Origin: Malacoraja senta
Taxonomy: Eukaryota
Assembly (NCBI GenBank): GCA_038087875.1
Contig: CM075978.1
Location: 100,688,001 to 100,752,000 of the forward strand
DNA: 64,000 nucleotides
Reading direction: 5' to 3'
Of this stretch, positions 26,561-39,642 are shown piece after piece. The stretch's first letter is position 1. Each line of letters begins with the position of its first letter. A program made the translations under genes and the position numbers. The notes beneath the pieces were generated by a model. It was not told the DNA's origin. It saw nothing but the letters and a program-made list of their open reading frames with translations, and ran no database searches.

Positions 26561-29500
26561 AACTGAGTTTCACTCGCCACTTTGCTGTCTGACCCGCTAA
26601 ATGCTTCCAGGATTTTCCTTTAGATCTGATTTTGCTTTTATATATAACTCTGAATTCTCCCATCAGGTTAAAAGTGCAGATCCCTAAGGATTACCAAGGA
26701 TTGCCATTTGACACACTCAGCGAATCAAGGGACATCTCTGTCTCTTGTTTTACAAAGTTACATCATATTTTGTGTGCTCACATTTTTGGAACCTAATGAA
26801 ATCCTTTCTGCAAATTAAACGGAGGCAATATCCACAAAAGTTTCATCATTATCACTGACAATGAGGGAGAAGTTGTCGTCTTCAAGCCATATTACTGAGC
26901 TCTCTATCTCCTTCCCCTATGTCTGTGAAAAAGACTGTGATTGCTGACAAGACTCTCAACTGTTCATGTACCAAGTCTCACATTTCTGCTCTCATTCCCT
27001 CTCCGTTCACCCAGAACAAGGATAGGGTTCCCCTTGTCCTCATCTCCCACCTCTGTCAGTTCCACATTGTTAATGAGGGTTTTCCCACAGAGCAATTGTG
27101 GCAAAGGACCTTGGCTTAGAATAGCAGATTCCCACTAGTCACAGACCTCCAGCCAGAATATCTTCCTTCCACGTCCATGTGTCTTCTATGATTAAGCCAT
27201 TTCTGAATGCATATGACCAAGTCATCGTGAATTCCAGACATCTTACATTTCTGGATCAGCTTATCATGAGAAAACTTAACAAAAGCCTTACTAATATCTA
27301 TGTCTACAACATCCACTGCCTAACCTTCAGTTAATAGTGCAACTCCTCCAGTACATTTACCTCCCTCTCTACCACACCTGAAACATCAAAAACCTGGGAC
27401 GTTAAGCTGCAAGTTATGTCCAGTTTGATAGCTTTGATATCTGTAGATCCTACATACTGAATAGGTTCTATTTCAGTTCTTAAACTAATTCATTATCTAT
27501 TTCCAGGCTTACTAAAAATGTTCTCATTCGGATAACAATATTGATTAGTACATGTGTCAGAGGTTATGGGGAGAAGGCAGGAGAATGGGGTTGGGAGGGA
27601 GAGATAGATCAGCCATGATTGAATGGTGGAGTAGACTTGAAGGGCTGAATGACCTAATTCTGCTCCTATCACTTATGATCACATGATCTTATGATATGAT
27701 ATTCATTTAGTTTGAGGTTTTTGCTAGATCTAAATGTGCGGGCAGTAGAGGGTCAGGAAGTGGTAATGGTGATTGGCATTCAAGTGGGAGAACATTTTTG
27801 GGACAGTGTTCACAACTCCATCAGATTTTTAAGATAGTTCTGAATAAAGATACGTCTGGACTGGGGGAGAGAAAATTACAACACTATTGGTCACCAGTTA
27901 GAGAGAGTAATTTGGGAGCAGCTGTTCTTGGGTCAGTCCACATTTAACGTGGGAGTCATTTGAAGTCCAAAGTTCAAGACTGGTATGAGTAGGAAGGAAT
28001 TGCAGATGCTGGTTTAAAGCAAAGATAGACACAAAAAGCTGGAGTAACTCGGCAGGGCAGGCCACATCTCTGGAGAGAGGTAATGGGTGACATTTTTCGG
28101 GTCGAGACCCTTCCTCAGACTAGTTAGGGATAAGGGAAACTAGAGATATAGATGATGATGTAGAGAGATAAAGAACAATGAATGAAAGATATGCAACAAA
28201 TAACGATGATAAAGGAAACAGGCCATTGTTAGCTGTTTGTTGGGTGAAATCGAGAAGCTGGTGCGACTTGGGTGGGGGAGGGAATGCTGGGGTTACTTGA
28301 ATGCTGGGGTATGTTCCATAAGGAGAAGGGAAAGAATGGGAAGCAGGCAGCAAAACTTTGTAAATTTGGCCAAAAAGGCAACAGAAGCATTTGTAATATG
28401 TAGGAAGATGAAATCAGACAGAAACTTTAAGGAATATAAAGAAAGCAGGAAGGAACTAAAGCAGGGAAGTAGGATGACCAAAGGGGCCATGAAATGCCCC
28501 TGACAAGCAGAATTAACAACAATCCCAAGGCATTTAATACACACATTTAAACAAGTGGGTAACAAGCGAGAAGATAGGATCACACGGCGCAAAATGAGAG
28601 ATTTTATGCTTGGAGTCAGAGGATGCAGGTGAGGTACTAAAGGAGCACTTTGCATCAGTATTCAACAAGGAGAAGGACATGTAGGAGAGTGAGATCAGTG
28701 GGGTTCAGCACCTATGCCAGTACGTTTACAAATAACACAAAAATGTATGGGGTTGTGGACAGTGAAGAAGGCTGCCAGAAGATCCAGCAGATTATACATA
28801 CATTAACACTATCCAACACACATTAGGGACAATTTTACATTGATACCAAGCCAATTAACCTACAAATCTATATGTCTTTAGAGTGTGGGAGGAAACCAAA
28901 GATCTCGGAGAAAACCGACCCGGTCACTGGGACAACGTACAAATTCGGTACAGACAGCACCCGTAGTCAGGATCAAACCCGGGTCTTAGGCGCTGTAAGC
29001 TCTGTAAGGCAGCAACTCTCCCACTGCACCACCTTGCCACTCTTAAACATTAGGTTTAAGAAGAGAAACATTTTAAGAAGATACAAAGCTGTTTTTTTAA
29101 ACTATATTTAGGCACCTGGAATGTACTGTCAGTGGTGATTGTGGATACGATTGTAGCATTTAAGAACCTTTTAGATAGGCAAGTAATTATGCAGGAAATG
29201 GAGGGATGTGCAGGCAGAAGAGATTAGTTTAAGAAGGCAGCATGTTCAGCGCAGACATCATGGGTCGTAGGGCCTGATGTTGAAAGTTGAAAGTTCTTGC
29301 TGTTACACTCTGTTTTTCTTACAACTGCATCCTCCCTACAAATCTCCCCAAATGGAGCAGAATTGTACTGCAGAACAATCTTTAAGCCAATGGTCCACAT
29401 CCAATACAAGAGCAATAGGCTTATAATGGTGGGGGATTTATACTTAGACAATAGACAACAGACAATAGACAATAGGTGCAGGAGTAGGCCATTCAGCCCT

Positions 29501-31176
29501 TTGAGCCAGCACCGCCATTCAATGTGATCATGGCTGATCATCCCCAATCAGTACCCCGTTCCTGCCTTCTCCCCATATCCCCTGACTCCGCTATTTTTAA
29601 GAGCCTTATCTAGCTCTCTCTTGAAAGCATCCAGAGAACCTGCCTCCACTGCCCTCTGAGGCAGAGAATTCCACAGACTCACCACTCTCTGTGAGAAAAA
29701 GTATTTCCTCGTCTCCGTTCTAAATGGCTTACTCCTTATTCTTAAACTGTGGCCCCTGGTTCTGGACTCCCCCAAAATCAGGAAAATGTTTCCTGCCTCT
29801 AGCGTGTCCAAACCCTTAACAATCTTATATGTTTCAATCAGATTTCCTCTCATCCTTCTAAACTCCATAGTGTACAAGCCCAGCTCCATAGTGTACAAGC
29901 CCATTCTCTCAGCATACGACAGTCCCGCCATCCCGGGAATTAACCTTGTAAACCTATGCTGCACTCCCTCAATAGCAAGAATGTCCTTCCTCAAATTAGG
30001 GGACCAAAACTGCGCACAATACTCCAGGTGTGGTCTCACTAGGACCTCTTTGCTCCTATATTCGATTCCTCTTGTTATAAAGGCCAACATGCATTCGCTT
30101 TCTTCACTGCCTGCTGTACCTGCATGCTTACTTTCATAGACTGATGAACAAGGACCCCCAGATCCCGTTGTACTTCCCCTTTTCCCAACTTGACGCCATT
30201 TAGATAGTAATCTGCCTTCCTGTTTTTGCTACCAAAGTGGATAACCTCACATTTATCTGCATTAAACTTCATCTGCCATGCATCTGCCCACTCCCCCAAC
30301 CTGTCCAAGTCACCCTGCATTCTCATAGCATCCTCCTCACAGTTCACACTGCCACCCAGCTTTGTGTCATCTGCAAATTTGCTAATGTTACTTTGAATCC
30401 ATTCATCCAAATCATTGATGTATATTGTAAATAGATGTGGTCCCAGCACCGACCCTTGCGGTACCCCACTAGTCACTGCCTGCCATTCTGAAAGCGACCC
30501 GTTAATTCCTACTCCTGTCTGCCAACCACTTCTCTATCCATGTCATCACTCTACCCCCAATACCATGTGCCCTAATTTTGCCCACTAATCTACTATGTGG
30601 GACCTTATCAAATGCTTTCTGAAAGTCCAGGTACTTTATATCCACTGGCTCTCCCTTGTCCATTTTCCTAGTTACATCTTCAAAAAATTCCAGAAGATTA
30701 GTCAAGCATGATACTTCTCCAATATTGACTGAGAGTGCATTAGTGCAAAGGGTTTAAATGGGGAAGAATTAGTAAAGTGCACCCGGGAGAGTTCAGCCAA
30801 TGTGTAGATAGTCCTATTAGCTGTACTGGACCTAATCTTGGGCAATAAGGCTGGGCTAATGGTAGCCGTGTCCCTGGAGCATGGAGACACAAGAGATGGC
30901 AGATACTGGAATGTGGAGCAATAAACAAAATGCAGGAGGAACTTGGCAGATCAGGCAACCACTGGTAAGGGAAATGGACAGTTGAAATTTGGGGGTCCAG
31001 ACTGGTCCACATATGATGCCTGTCAGGCTGACTTCTTCCAAAACATTTTCTTTTTAGCAATGGATCATTTTATTGGTGTTATTTTATTGGTGTTATTTTA
31101 TTGGTGTTCTTTTGCTTTAAGTTTCAAGACTGTAATGGAAAGGGAGAAAATTGGTGCGGAGGACAAGGTCCTAAAT
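26561..31176 (+). repeat. Tandem duplication, copy B (~4.6 kb; extra ~650 bp at ~28147-28795)
   Basis: Collinear with copy A, with 7 mismatches in the first 180 bp. Confidence 0.95.
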
Positions 31177-31976
31177 TGGGGAAGCCTAATTTCAATAAGA
31201 CAGCACCTGGTGGAAGTAGATTGGGAGCATTTGGTTATAGGTAGAACAACATACAAATAGTGGGAGTCTTCTAATAGTGAGATTTGTGCAGTTTCAGAGG
31301 TAACATTCCTGGAGAAGTGAAAAGTAAGGATAGTAGGACCAGGGAACACAAAGCGACCAGAGGCGTTGAGGATTTAGTTTAGTTTAGTTCAGTCATGTAG
31401 TGATACAGCATGGAAACAGGCACTTTGGAACACGGAGCCCATCCCGACCATCGATTACCCGTTCACACTAGTTCTATGTTATCTCACTTCTCATCCACTC
31501 CCTACACAGTAGAGGCAATTTACAGAGGCCAACTAACCTACAAACTCACGGGTCCTTGGAATGTGGGAGGAAACCAGTGCACCCGGTGGAAACCCATGTG
31601 GTCACACAGGGAGAACATGCAAACGCCACACAGACAGCCCCTGAGATCAGGAATGAAGCCGGGTCTCTGGCTCTGTGAGGCAGCAGTCTTCATGCACAAA
31701 TGTGGCACCCACATTTGATGAAGTAAAGGGAAGCATTTGGCAGGCATAGGCAAATGAAAACAGGAAAGACACTTGGGTATAAAGAGAGCAAAAGACTACT
31801 TTAAAAAGAAATTAGGAGAGGAAAGGGACAAGAAAAAATATCACTGACAGTCAAAATTAATAAAAAATCCCAAGGAGGGTAAGAGGGTAACCAGGGAAAG
31901 GAAAGTGAGGGCTGTTGCAAAGAACAATGGGGACCCGGCATGGGGGGGACTGCCGTGAGGGACGTTGGTGAACAAA

Positions 31977-32128
31977 GTGGGAACTGGTGTGCGGGGGCAC
32001 TCTAGTTTTAGAATCCTCTTCTGCGTTTTGTTTTGTTTTGTTTGTTCGTTCGTTGTGGTTAAGGCGCTGTGCACACGGCAGCCAGCCAACAGTTGCTTGG
32101 CTTTTTCTTTTTTTTCACTTTAAATTTC
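31977..32128 (+). repeat. Left copy of the ~150-bp direct repeat flanking the L1
   Basis: Matches 38457-38604 except within the internal GTTT microsatellite. Confidence 0.9.
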
Positions 32129-32490
32129 TTTTTTTTTTTTTGAAAATATTTTTTATTGGAGAAAAGTACACAACCTATTAACATCATTACAGTCTTACAT
32201 TTTTAAATTGATAATATTATCAATTATTATTACATTGTCTCCAATACCTTTTGCCTTTTTTTTTTAAACTATAGAACTAAAAAGATAGATGAAGTAAAGA
32301 AAGAAAAGAGTGAGAAGAAAAAGAGAAAAGAGAAAACAAAACAAAAAAAAACAAAAAACAGAAAAAAAAAAAAAAAAAAAAAAAAGATGGTTAAAGAAGA
32401 ATGGAAACATTTATTAAAATAAAAAACTTCATTCGAGATATATTCGTACATTTCAGAGTATAGCATTTCATCCATTCTTTAGTCCGAGCA

Positions 32491-35400
32491 TTAGTCAGGT
32501 TCCTGTGTTGAACCATTCTGACCCTTTAAATAATCAATAAAGGGAGACCATGTTCCAATGAATAATTCCTGTTTGTCCAACAGGGAAAATCTGATTCTCT
32601 CCACGTTTAAGGTCTCCGTCATTTCTATAATCCACATTTTGATTGTGGGGGCCGTAGGGCCTTTCCAAAATGTTAGAATTAATTTTTTTCCTGTTATTAT
32701 ACTATAATCAATAAAGTTTCTTTGTGTTGTTGTAAATTTTTGATTTAATTCTAATGTTCCGAGTATTATTAATTTTGGATCCGGGTCCACTTGTGTGCTG
32801 GTCACTTTAGATATTATACTAAAAATATTTACCCAGAATTTTTTAATTTTTATACAGTTTGCAAACATATGAGATAAGGTAGCTTCTAAATGTTGACATG
32901 TATCACATATAGGTGAGATATGTTGAAAGATTTTATGTAATTTTGTTTTTGAATAATGTAACCTATGTATTACTTTAAATTGTATTAAAGAATGTCTGGC
33001 ATTTAATGAACATTGATGTATGTGTTGTAAACTTTCTTCCCAAGTATCTTTCATTATTATTTGATTTAATTCTTTTTCCCATGTTTGTCTGTGTAAGTCC
33101 GTCGATGGAATGTCACTGTCTAATAAGATATTATATATATAAGATATTAATTTTTCTGTATTAGGATGTTTATTCCAACATTCGTCAAGAATTTCTGAAT
33201 TTCTAATTCGAAAATTTTGAGTATTCGATTTTACATAATCTCTGAGTTGAAGATATCTGAAATAATCATTTCCTCGAAGTCCATAAGTCTGTTGCAACTC
33301 CTGAAATGTCAGAAAAGTGCCTTCCTTATAAAGTTGTCCCATATTTTTAATTCCATAATTCTTCCATTGTGTAAAACCCCTGTCCAACCATGAGGGCTTA
33401 AACAAAGGGTTATTCACAATTGGGAGAAAAAGTGATAAATTATCTAATTTTAATGTCTTTTTTAATTGTTTCCAAATTCGTATGGCACTAAATATTATAG
33501 GGTTTTCCCTATACATTTTTTTGTTTAATTTAGATGTGGCAAATAATATCGAACCGATATCAAAAGGCAAACAATCTTCCTTTTCCATTTTTAACCAATC
33601 TGGTTGTTGATCTATTTCTTCCAACCAGAAATTCATATTTTTAATATTAACTGCCCCAAAATAAAACAGAAAGTTGGGTAAAACCAAACCTCCATTTATT
33701 TTTGATTTACACAAATGTCTTTTGTTTATCCTATGATTCTTATAATCCCAGATAAAATCATTAACAATGGAGTCCAATTTTTTTAAAAAGTTTTTTGACA
33801 AATATATCGGAATTGTCTGAAAAAGGTATAATATTTGCGGTAAAAAAAATCATTTTTATGGCATTAATTTTGCCAACCATTGAGATAGGAAATGTTTTCC
33901 GGTATTGAATATTCTTATGTAGTTTATTCAGTAATGGGGGAAAATTTGCTTTAAATAATGATGTATATATCTTAGTTACATAAATACCTAGGTATTTAAA
34001 TTTTTCATTTACTATTTTAAATGGAAATTGTTGTATTATCTGTTTGTTATGTTCCCTTATTGGCATAATTTCACTTTTATTCCAATTTATTCTGTATCCT
34101 GAGAGTGAACCAAATTGGGTTATTAGCTCTAATAAGTTTGGGATACTAATTTCTGGTTTTGTAATGTAAATTAGTACGTCATCTGCGTATAGAGAAATTT
34201 TATTCACTGTGTCCTTTGTGATATACCCATATATTTCCGGATGCCCCCTAACTCTTTCTGCAAGTGGCTCAATAGCAAGCGCAAATAATAATGGAGATAA
34301 CGGGCATCCTTGTCTACAACCTCTAGATAGGCTGAATTTAGATGACAACCTTTGGTTTGTTAATATTCTAGCCGTGGGATTTGTATATAACAGTTTTATC
34401 CATGTACAGAATTTCTCCCCTAGTTGCATATTTTCCATCACCGAAAATAAATAAGACCATTCAACCTGATCAAATGCTTTTTCAGCATCAAGTGAGATTA
34501 TTGCTAGATCTTCATTAATAATTCTCTTAGAATAAATAATATTAAATAATCTTCTTAGATTATAATATGAGTACCGTTTCTGAATAAAGCCTGTTTGGTC
34601 AGGGTGTATTATTTTATTCATCACTGTACTTAATCTATGCGCTAGTATTTTAGTTAATATTTTCTGATCTGTATTTAAAAGTGCAATTGCTCTATATGAT
34701 CCCGGATCTTCCGGATCTTTATCAGCTTTAGGAATAAGTGTTATTATAGATTCATTTAAAGTATCTGGAAGTTTCTGTTGAGTATAGATATACTCATACA
34801 GCCTTTGTAAACGTGGGCAGAGCAAGTCATACATTTTTTTATAAAATTCAGAGCCTAAACCATCTGGTCCTACTGCTTTACCATGTTTTAAAGAGCCAAT
34901 AGACTCCTCAATATCCTTTATCGTAATCTCCCTTTCTAATAATTCTCTATCATTTGAATCTAAACCTTTTAAATTACATTTTAGTAAAAAATCTGCTATT
35001 CCTTCTGTTTGTGTTACAGTTTTAGTTGAATAAAGGTTATGATAGTATTGGAGAAATCTTTCATTTATGTCCTTGGGCATTTTTAATAATTCTCCTGTCT
35101 CTGTTCTAATTTTATGAATTATTTTTTCCCCTTCCATTTTTCGTAACTGACGTGCTAATAGTTTTTGTGGTTTGTCTCCAAATTCAAAATTTAATTGTTT
35201 GGTTTTTTGATAAAGTTTTATTACTTGTTCTGAATATGTTTTGAAATAGATGGCATTCTCGCATTTTCTATATCTAGCTGCTTGATTTCCCTTTCCAATG
35301 TTTGTTGTTTAATCCTGTTCTCTTTATTATAAAATACTTGAGCAGAAATTAATGCACCTCGAACAAACGCTTTAAACGTTTCCCACATAAGAGAAGTAGG

Positions 35401-36312
35401 TGTGTCAGGGTTATCATTTACCTCAAAAAATATTTGAATCTGTTTAATAATATATTCCTGGCATGATCTTTCGTTCAAAATTTGTGGGTTAAATCTCCAA
35501 TATGTTTGTTTCTCGGACATTCCATTTAATTTAATCATGAATGTTACAGGTGCGTGGTCTGAGATTATAATATTATGGTATTTTGAGTTATAAGTAAATG
35601 GGATAAACGTGGAGTCAACTAAAAAATAATCTATTCTTGAGTATGTTTTGTGTACTGGTGAGTAAAATGAATATTCCCGTCCAGTTGGATTTTCTATTCT
35701 CCAGACATCCTTAATATTAGTGGTATTAATAAATGAATTTAGAAATACACTTGATTGAGATTTTACTTTTTTTTGCCTTGATGATCTATCTAAGTATGAA
35801 TCTAATGTGCAATTGAAGTCTCCTCCAATTATTAATTTATATTGTGTAAATTGAGGAATTTTATTAAATGTTTTATTAAAAAACATAGGGTTATCAAAAT
35901 TAGGCCCATATACATTAAGAAGAATCACTTTTTCTCCATTTAACTCTCCAACTAATATAATATATCTACCATCAATATCCGCTATTGTTGATGAATTCGT
36001 AAAAGGTATTCCTTTACGAATTAATATTGCAACTCCTCTGGACTTATGGGAAAAAGAGGAATGATATGATTCAGTGATCCACTTAGCTTTAAGTCTGTGT
36101 TGAGATTCCTTTTTAAGGTGTGTTTCTTGAAGAAATATTATATCTGTTTTGATTAAATTTAGATGTGCCAAGACTTTACCTCTCTTAATTGGTTCATTGA
36201 TTCCCTTGATATTCCAACTACAAAATGTTATTCCCTGACCCCCTCTTGTCATATTAACATCTTGCATATTGTTTCTAAGGTGGTCTATAACCGAGCAGAA
36301 GGTGCAACACAT
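32491..36312 (-). pseudogene. L1 ORF2, broken into three frames
   Basis: APE 35221-36312 (LQETH, GGDFN, SDH), RT 33761-35137 (SLDAEKAFD, QGCPLSP, YADD), C-terminus 32491-33801. There is an apparent deletion near 35225 and a +1 base in the A8 run at 33842-33849. Confidence 0.9.
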
Positions 36313-37283
36313 AAAACCTGACCCTGCTCCTGAACCTCAAATAGATGAATTTAAAATCATATACATCGCTCTTCCGAACACATCTCCTTGTATTATTCTT
36401 GATTTTCCATTCAAACATTAAATTATAAAAATATTTAAAGTGAAAAAAGTGATAGAATTGGTTAGCATAGGGTGAAAGAAAAAAAACTACATCTACAATT
36501 AGTGTAGTTAGTGATAGCCACACTAATGTGGCTAGAATTCTAAAGACTTCCGTAGCCTTTGTAAAAAAAAAAATTCCCAGCTCCGTGCCAAAAAAAAAAT
36601 AAAAATAAAAAAAAGATTATTTCTAACAATCAAATAACTTCTTTGGGAGTAACAAACATATATACATACCCATACATACGTACACATATACATACACATA
36701 CACACATACATATACATACATATATATATATACCCATATGCATACATACATAAGCACGCATCCCTGCAGAAAAGTCCGAGAACAGCATTAATTCATAACG
36801 TTATTATTCTCTACATATCATATTAATATCCTCGCTAAATCTATAAATTTAATTTTAAATGGAAAATTAAAGAGAAAAACCGTCAAACCTTATTATGACG
36901 TAGGCTGAATTACCACTTGCATATCTTCCTATATAATATAAGTATGTAATTCATTTCCATGTTAACCAAAGACTGTTAGTTATTAATCATTGTTATCAAT
37001 CATACCCAGTAATAAATTTTTATGAGTAATATAAATGTTAATAATTTTAGTAGTAATATAGATATTTAATAAGAATTAGTTGTTACATATATAGTTAGAT
37101 ATGAATATACAGATAATAATAGTGATTCATAAAAATAAAAAAAATAAAAAAGCACGGTTTTCTCCAATGTCCACCGTCCATTCGGTTTTCGAATGTCCTT
37201 AAAGCTCTTAAAAGAACTTTAAAGGTCCTTTTAGATCTGGCGGTCCCGTTAATCCTTGACTCCTGAGGAGTAATGTAAATTCT

Positions 37284-38150
37284 TCAGACTGTGGTCACGT
37301 TCTTGGCAAATTCCAGTGCTTTTTCATGGTCTGTAAAAAATTGCTCCTTGTTCTTGTAGGTGACTCTTAGTCTTGCGGGATAAAGTAGGCCGTATCTCAA
37401 ATCAGGTACATTCTTCAGTATTCTTTTTGTCTCAGTGAACAGCGCCCTTTTCTTGAAGACCTCTGCCGGATAATCTCGGTAAATACTGAACCTCACTCCT
37501 TCAAAATGGAGCTGTCCGCTTCGGACGATTTTCTTCATTATATCGTCAAATTCATGATCCAGTTGCACCTTTACGATAATTTGTCTTGGATGGGCATCAT
37601 CATGTGTACGACGCCGCTGCGCTCTATGAGCTCGACCGAGTGAAGGTTTTTGATCCAATTTTAAGGCTTTTTGTAGTAGGTCTGCCACAAAATCCCGAGG
37701 GCCCATTTCCCTCTCACTTCCTTCTTTCACCCCTACAATTCTTAGATTCTTACGTCTTTGACGCCCCTCCAAATCGGTACATTTATCACTTAATTTGATC
37801 ACCATACCGGTGAGGCGTTGGTTTTCAGTAAGGAGTCGACCTACAGTTTCCTCACTTGTCGCCGCCCATTTCTCAAGTTCGGGTATCGCTGTTCTATGTT
37901 GTTCGAGTGCTTGATGAATGGGGGCCACCTCCATTTTAACGTTCGCTTCCACCGAATCGAGCCTGGCTTCCAGCACTTCCATCTGTTCCTTGACCTCTTC
38001 CTCCCTCGACCTCTTCCAGACTTCCAGTATTTCTTGAACGGTAGAAAGCATTTCTGCTTTAAAATCTACCTTAAAAGAGTAAAGTTCCTCTTTAAAATTC
38101 TCTCCAAAGGTTTTCAATTCAGCAGCGAGAAAAGTTTTAAGATCATCCAT
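37284..38150 (-). CDS. L1 ORF1p (coiled coil + RRM/CTD)
   Basis: DLEGRQRRKNLRIVGVKEG and YGLLYPARLRV motifs typical of L1 ORF1. Confidence 0.9.
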   Translation of the reverse strand: MDDLKTFLAAELKTFGENFKEELYSFKVDFKAEMLSTVQEILEVWKRSREEEVKEQMEVLEARLDSVEANVKMEVAPIHQALEQHRTAIPELEKWAATSEETVGRLLTENQRLTGMVIKLSDKCTDLEGRQRRKNLRIVGVKEGSEREMGPRDFVADLLQKALKLDQKPSLGRAHRAQRRRTHDDAHPRQIIVKVQLDHEFDDIMKKIVRSGQLHFEGVRFSIYRDYPAEVFKKRALFTETKRILKNVPDLRYGLLYPARLRVTYKNKEQFFTDHEKALEFAKNVTTV

Positions 38151-38456
38151 TTCAGACTTTTTCTGCTTTGTTTTCTTCGGTCTTCCTGGGCCGTCATTGT
38201 AACTGAGGCCGAGGCCTCAGATGGGCCTTCCTCTTCCATCGGTGGAGGTTTCCCTTTAACGTTTTTTTTTGGGGGGGGGAACGTTGTAACGACATACCGT
38301 CAAAGTCGCGCTCCTGATGACGTCACGCGGCAGGCAGCCGTTCAGATCACGATCGCTGCAGGTAAGACCCGATTTTCTCCCGTTTTCAGTTTCTTCGGCT
38401 CGGAGCTAGTTGGCACTGGACTCAAGCCTCCATAGCGCCACCGGAAGTCGGAACTG

Positions 38457-38604
38457 GTGGGAACTGGTGTGCGGGGGCACTCTAGTTTTAGAATCCTCTT
38501 CTGCGTTTGTTTGTTGTTTGTTCGTTCGTTCTGGTTAAGGCGCTGTGCACACGGCAGCCAGCCAACAGTTGCTTGGCTTTTTCTTTTTTTTCACTTTAAA
38601 TTTC
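38457..38604 (+). repeat. Right copy of the ~150-bp direct repeat flanking the L1
   Basis: Ends at TTTC|AAG, resembling the L1 endonuclease site TTTT/AA. Confidence 0.9.
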
Positions 38605-39291
38605 AAGTATTTGTGTACCTTGTGTGTTGTGACTGTGGCAGACCAATTTCCCTCCGGGGATGAATAAAATGTTATCGTATCGTATCGTAAAACTGCTGCC
38701 AGATGCTGTGAAGTTTTGTATCTTCTGCCCGACAGGAGAGGGGACAAGTAGGAATGACAGGGGAGTGAATGGTCTTTCACTATGTTGGTTGCTTTCCCGA
38801 GGCAGTGTGGAGTGTAGGGTAGAGTAATTGCCAAACTAGGCTGCAATGTAATCAATAGGATGCTTTATGTGGTCCATGTGTAGACATTGGTAAGAGTTGT
38901 TGGATGCATGCTGAATTTCCTTAGTCTCTTTATTTGACTCTGCAACAGAATCTTACATATACTAAATGAATGTTACTAGAGCTGCCAGATTTGTTCCTGA
39001 TTTACTGCTCAGTTTAACACACTTTGTACAGTCAACAAGCACTTACATGGAGCAGGATTTAACCTTTGATATTCAGTGTTTGTACTTTTGAGCTGTTGCT
39101 TTTACCAAAGGTATAGTTTGTCATTTCAGTGCAGAGTGAAAGAGCGAAGCTCAGGAGAAAACAAAAGAGTTTACAAATTGAGGATACATGTGCAGAACAT
39201 TCATAAATATCCAAGAGCTTTCATGCTGCTTCGTTTCAAATTATTTTTGTGGTCATCATCTGTTCTGATCTTTGGTTGTTATTACCCACAG

Positions 39292-39642
39292 GTCTAAAGG
39301 CAAACATATCCCTGATCCAATCCCCAGGAGCTCTGGTGGTGCGTGAAGGTGAAACAGTGGAGATACGGTGTGTCCTGAACAGCAGCAATGTGTATCACAT
39401 TGTGAAAAAATCCACCGGTCACTGGTACAACTCACGTAATGGAAGAAAAATACTTAGTCTTAAAGTGAATGGCGGCACTTACAGGTTACCGCGCTTCTCC
39501 GAGCGATTTCAGCTTTCCAGGGACGACGCCAGTAACAGCTACTCACTGACCATCAGAGAGGTGGTGATTGCCGACTCTGCTGATTACATCTGTGGCATTT
39601 GGGGGAAAATATTTGGAAATGGAACCCAGCTGAATGTAACCA
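39292..39642 (+). CDS. V1 exon: complete VJ-type Ig domain
   Basis: Acceptor ccacAG at 39290-39291 and donor GTGAGT at 39643, phase 1/1. B-strand Cys (EIRC), C-strand Trp (GHWY), DSADYIC and the J motif FGNGTQLNVT. Confidence 0.92.

Larger units (their letters stand above)
32129..38449 (-). mobile_element. Full-length (~6.3 kb) L1-clade LINE, antisense in intron 1
   Basis: 5' end GACTTCCGGTGGCG, ORF1, ~1-kb inter-ORF spacer, ORF2 (APE, RT, C-terminal domain), AATAAA and poly(A). Confidence 0.95.

Noticed and set aside
22461-31176. Assembly artefact explanation for the tandem duplication
   Set aside because: The copies differ by many substitutions and a ~650-bp indel, more than expected from a false duplication. 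Read support is still advisable.
39047-39110. Proximal leader exon for V1
   Set aside because: It has an in-frame TGA at 39089 and weak hydrophobicity, and the other frames have the wrong phase. It is kept only as a possible relic.
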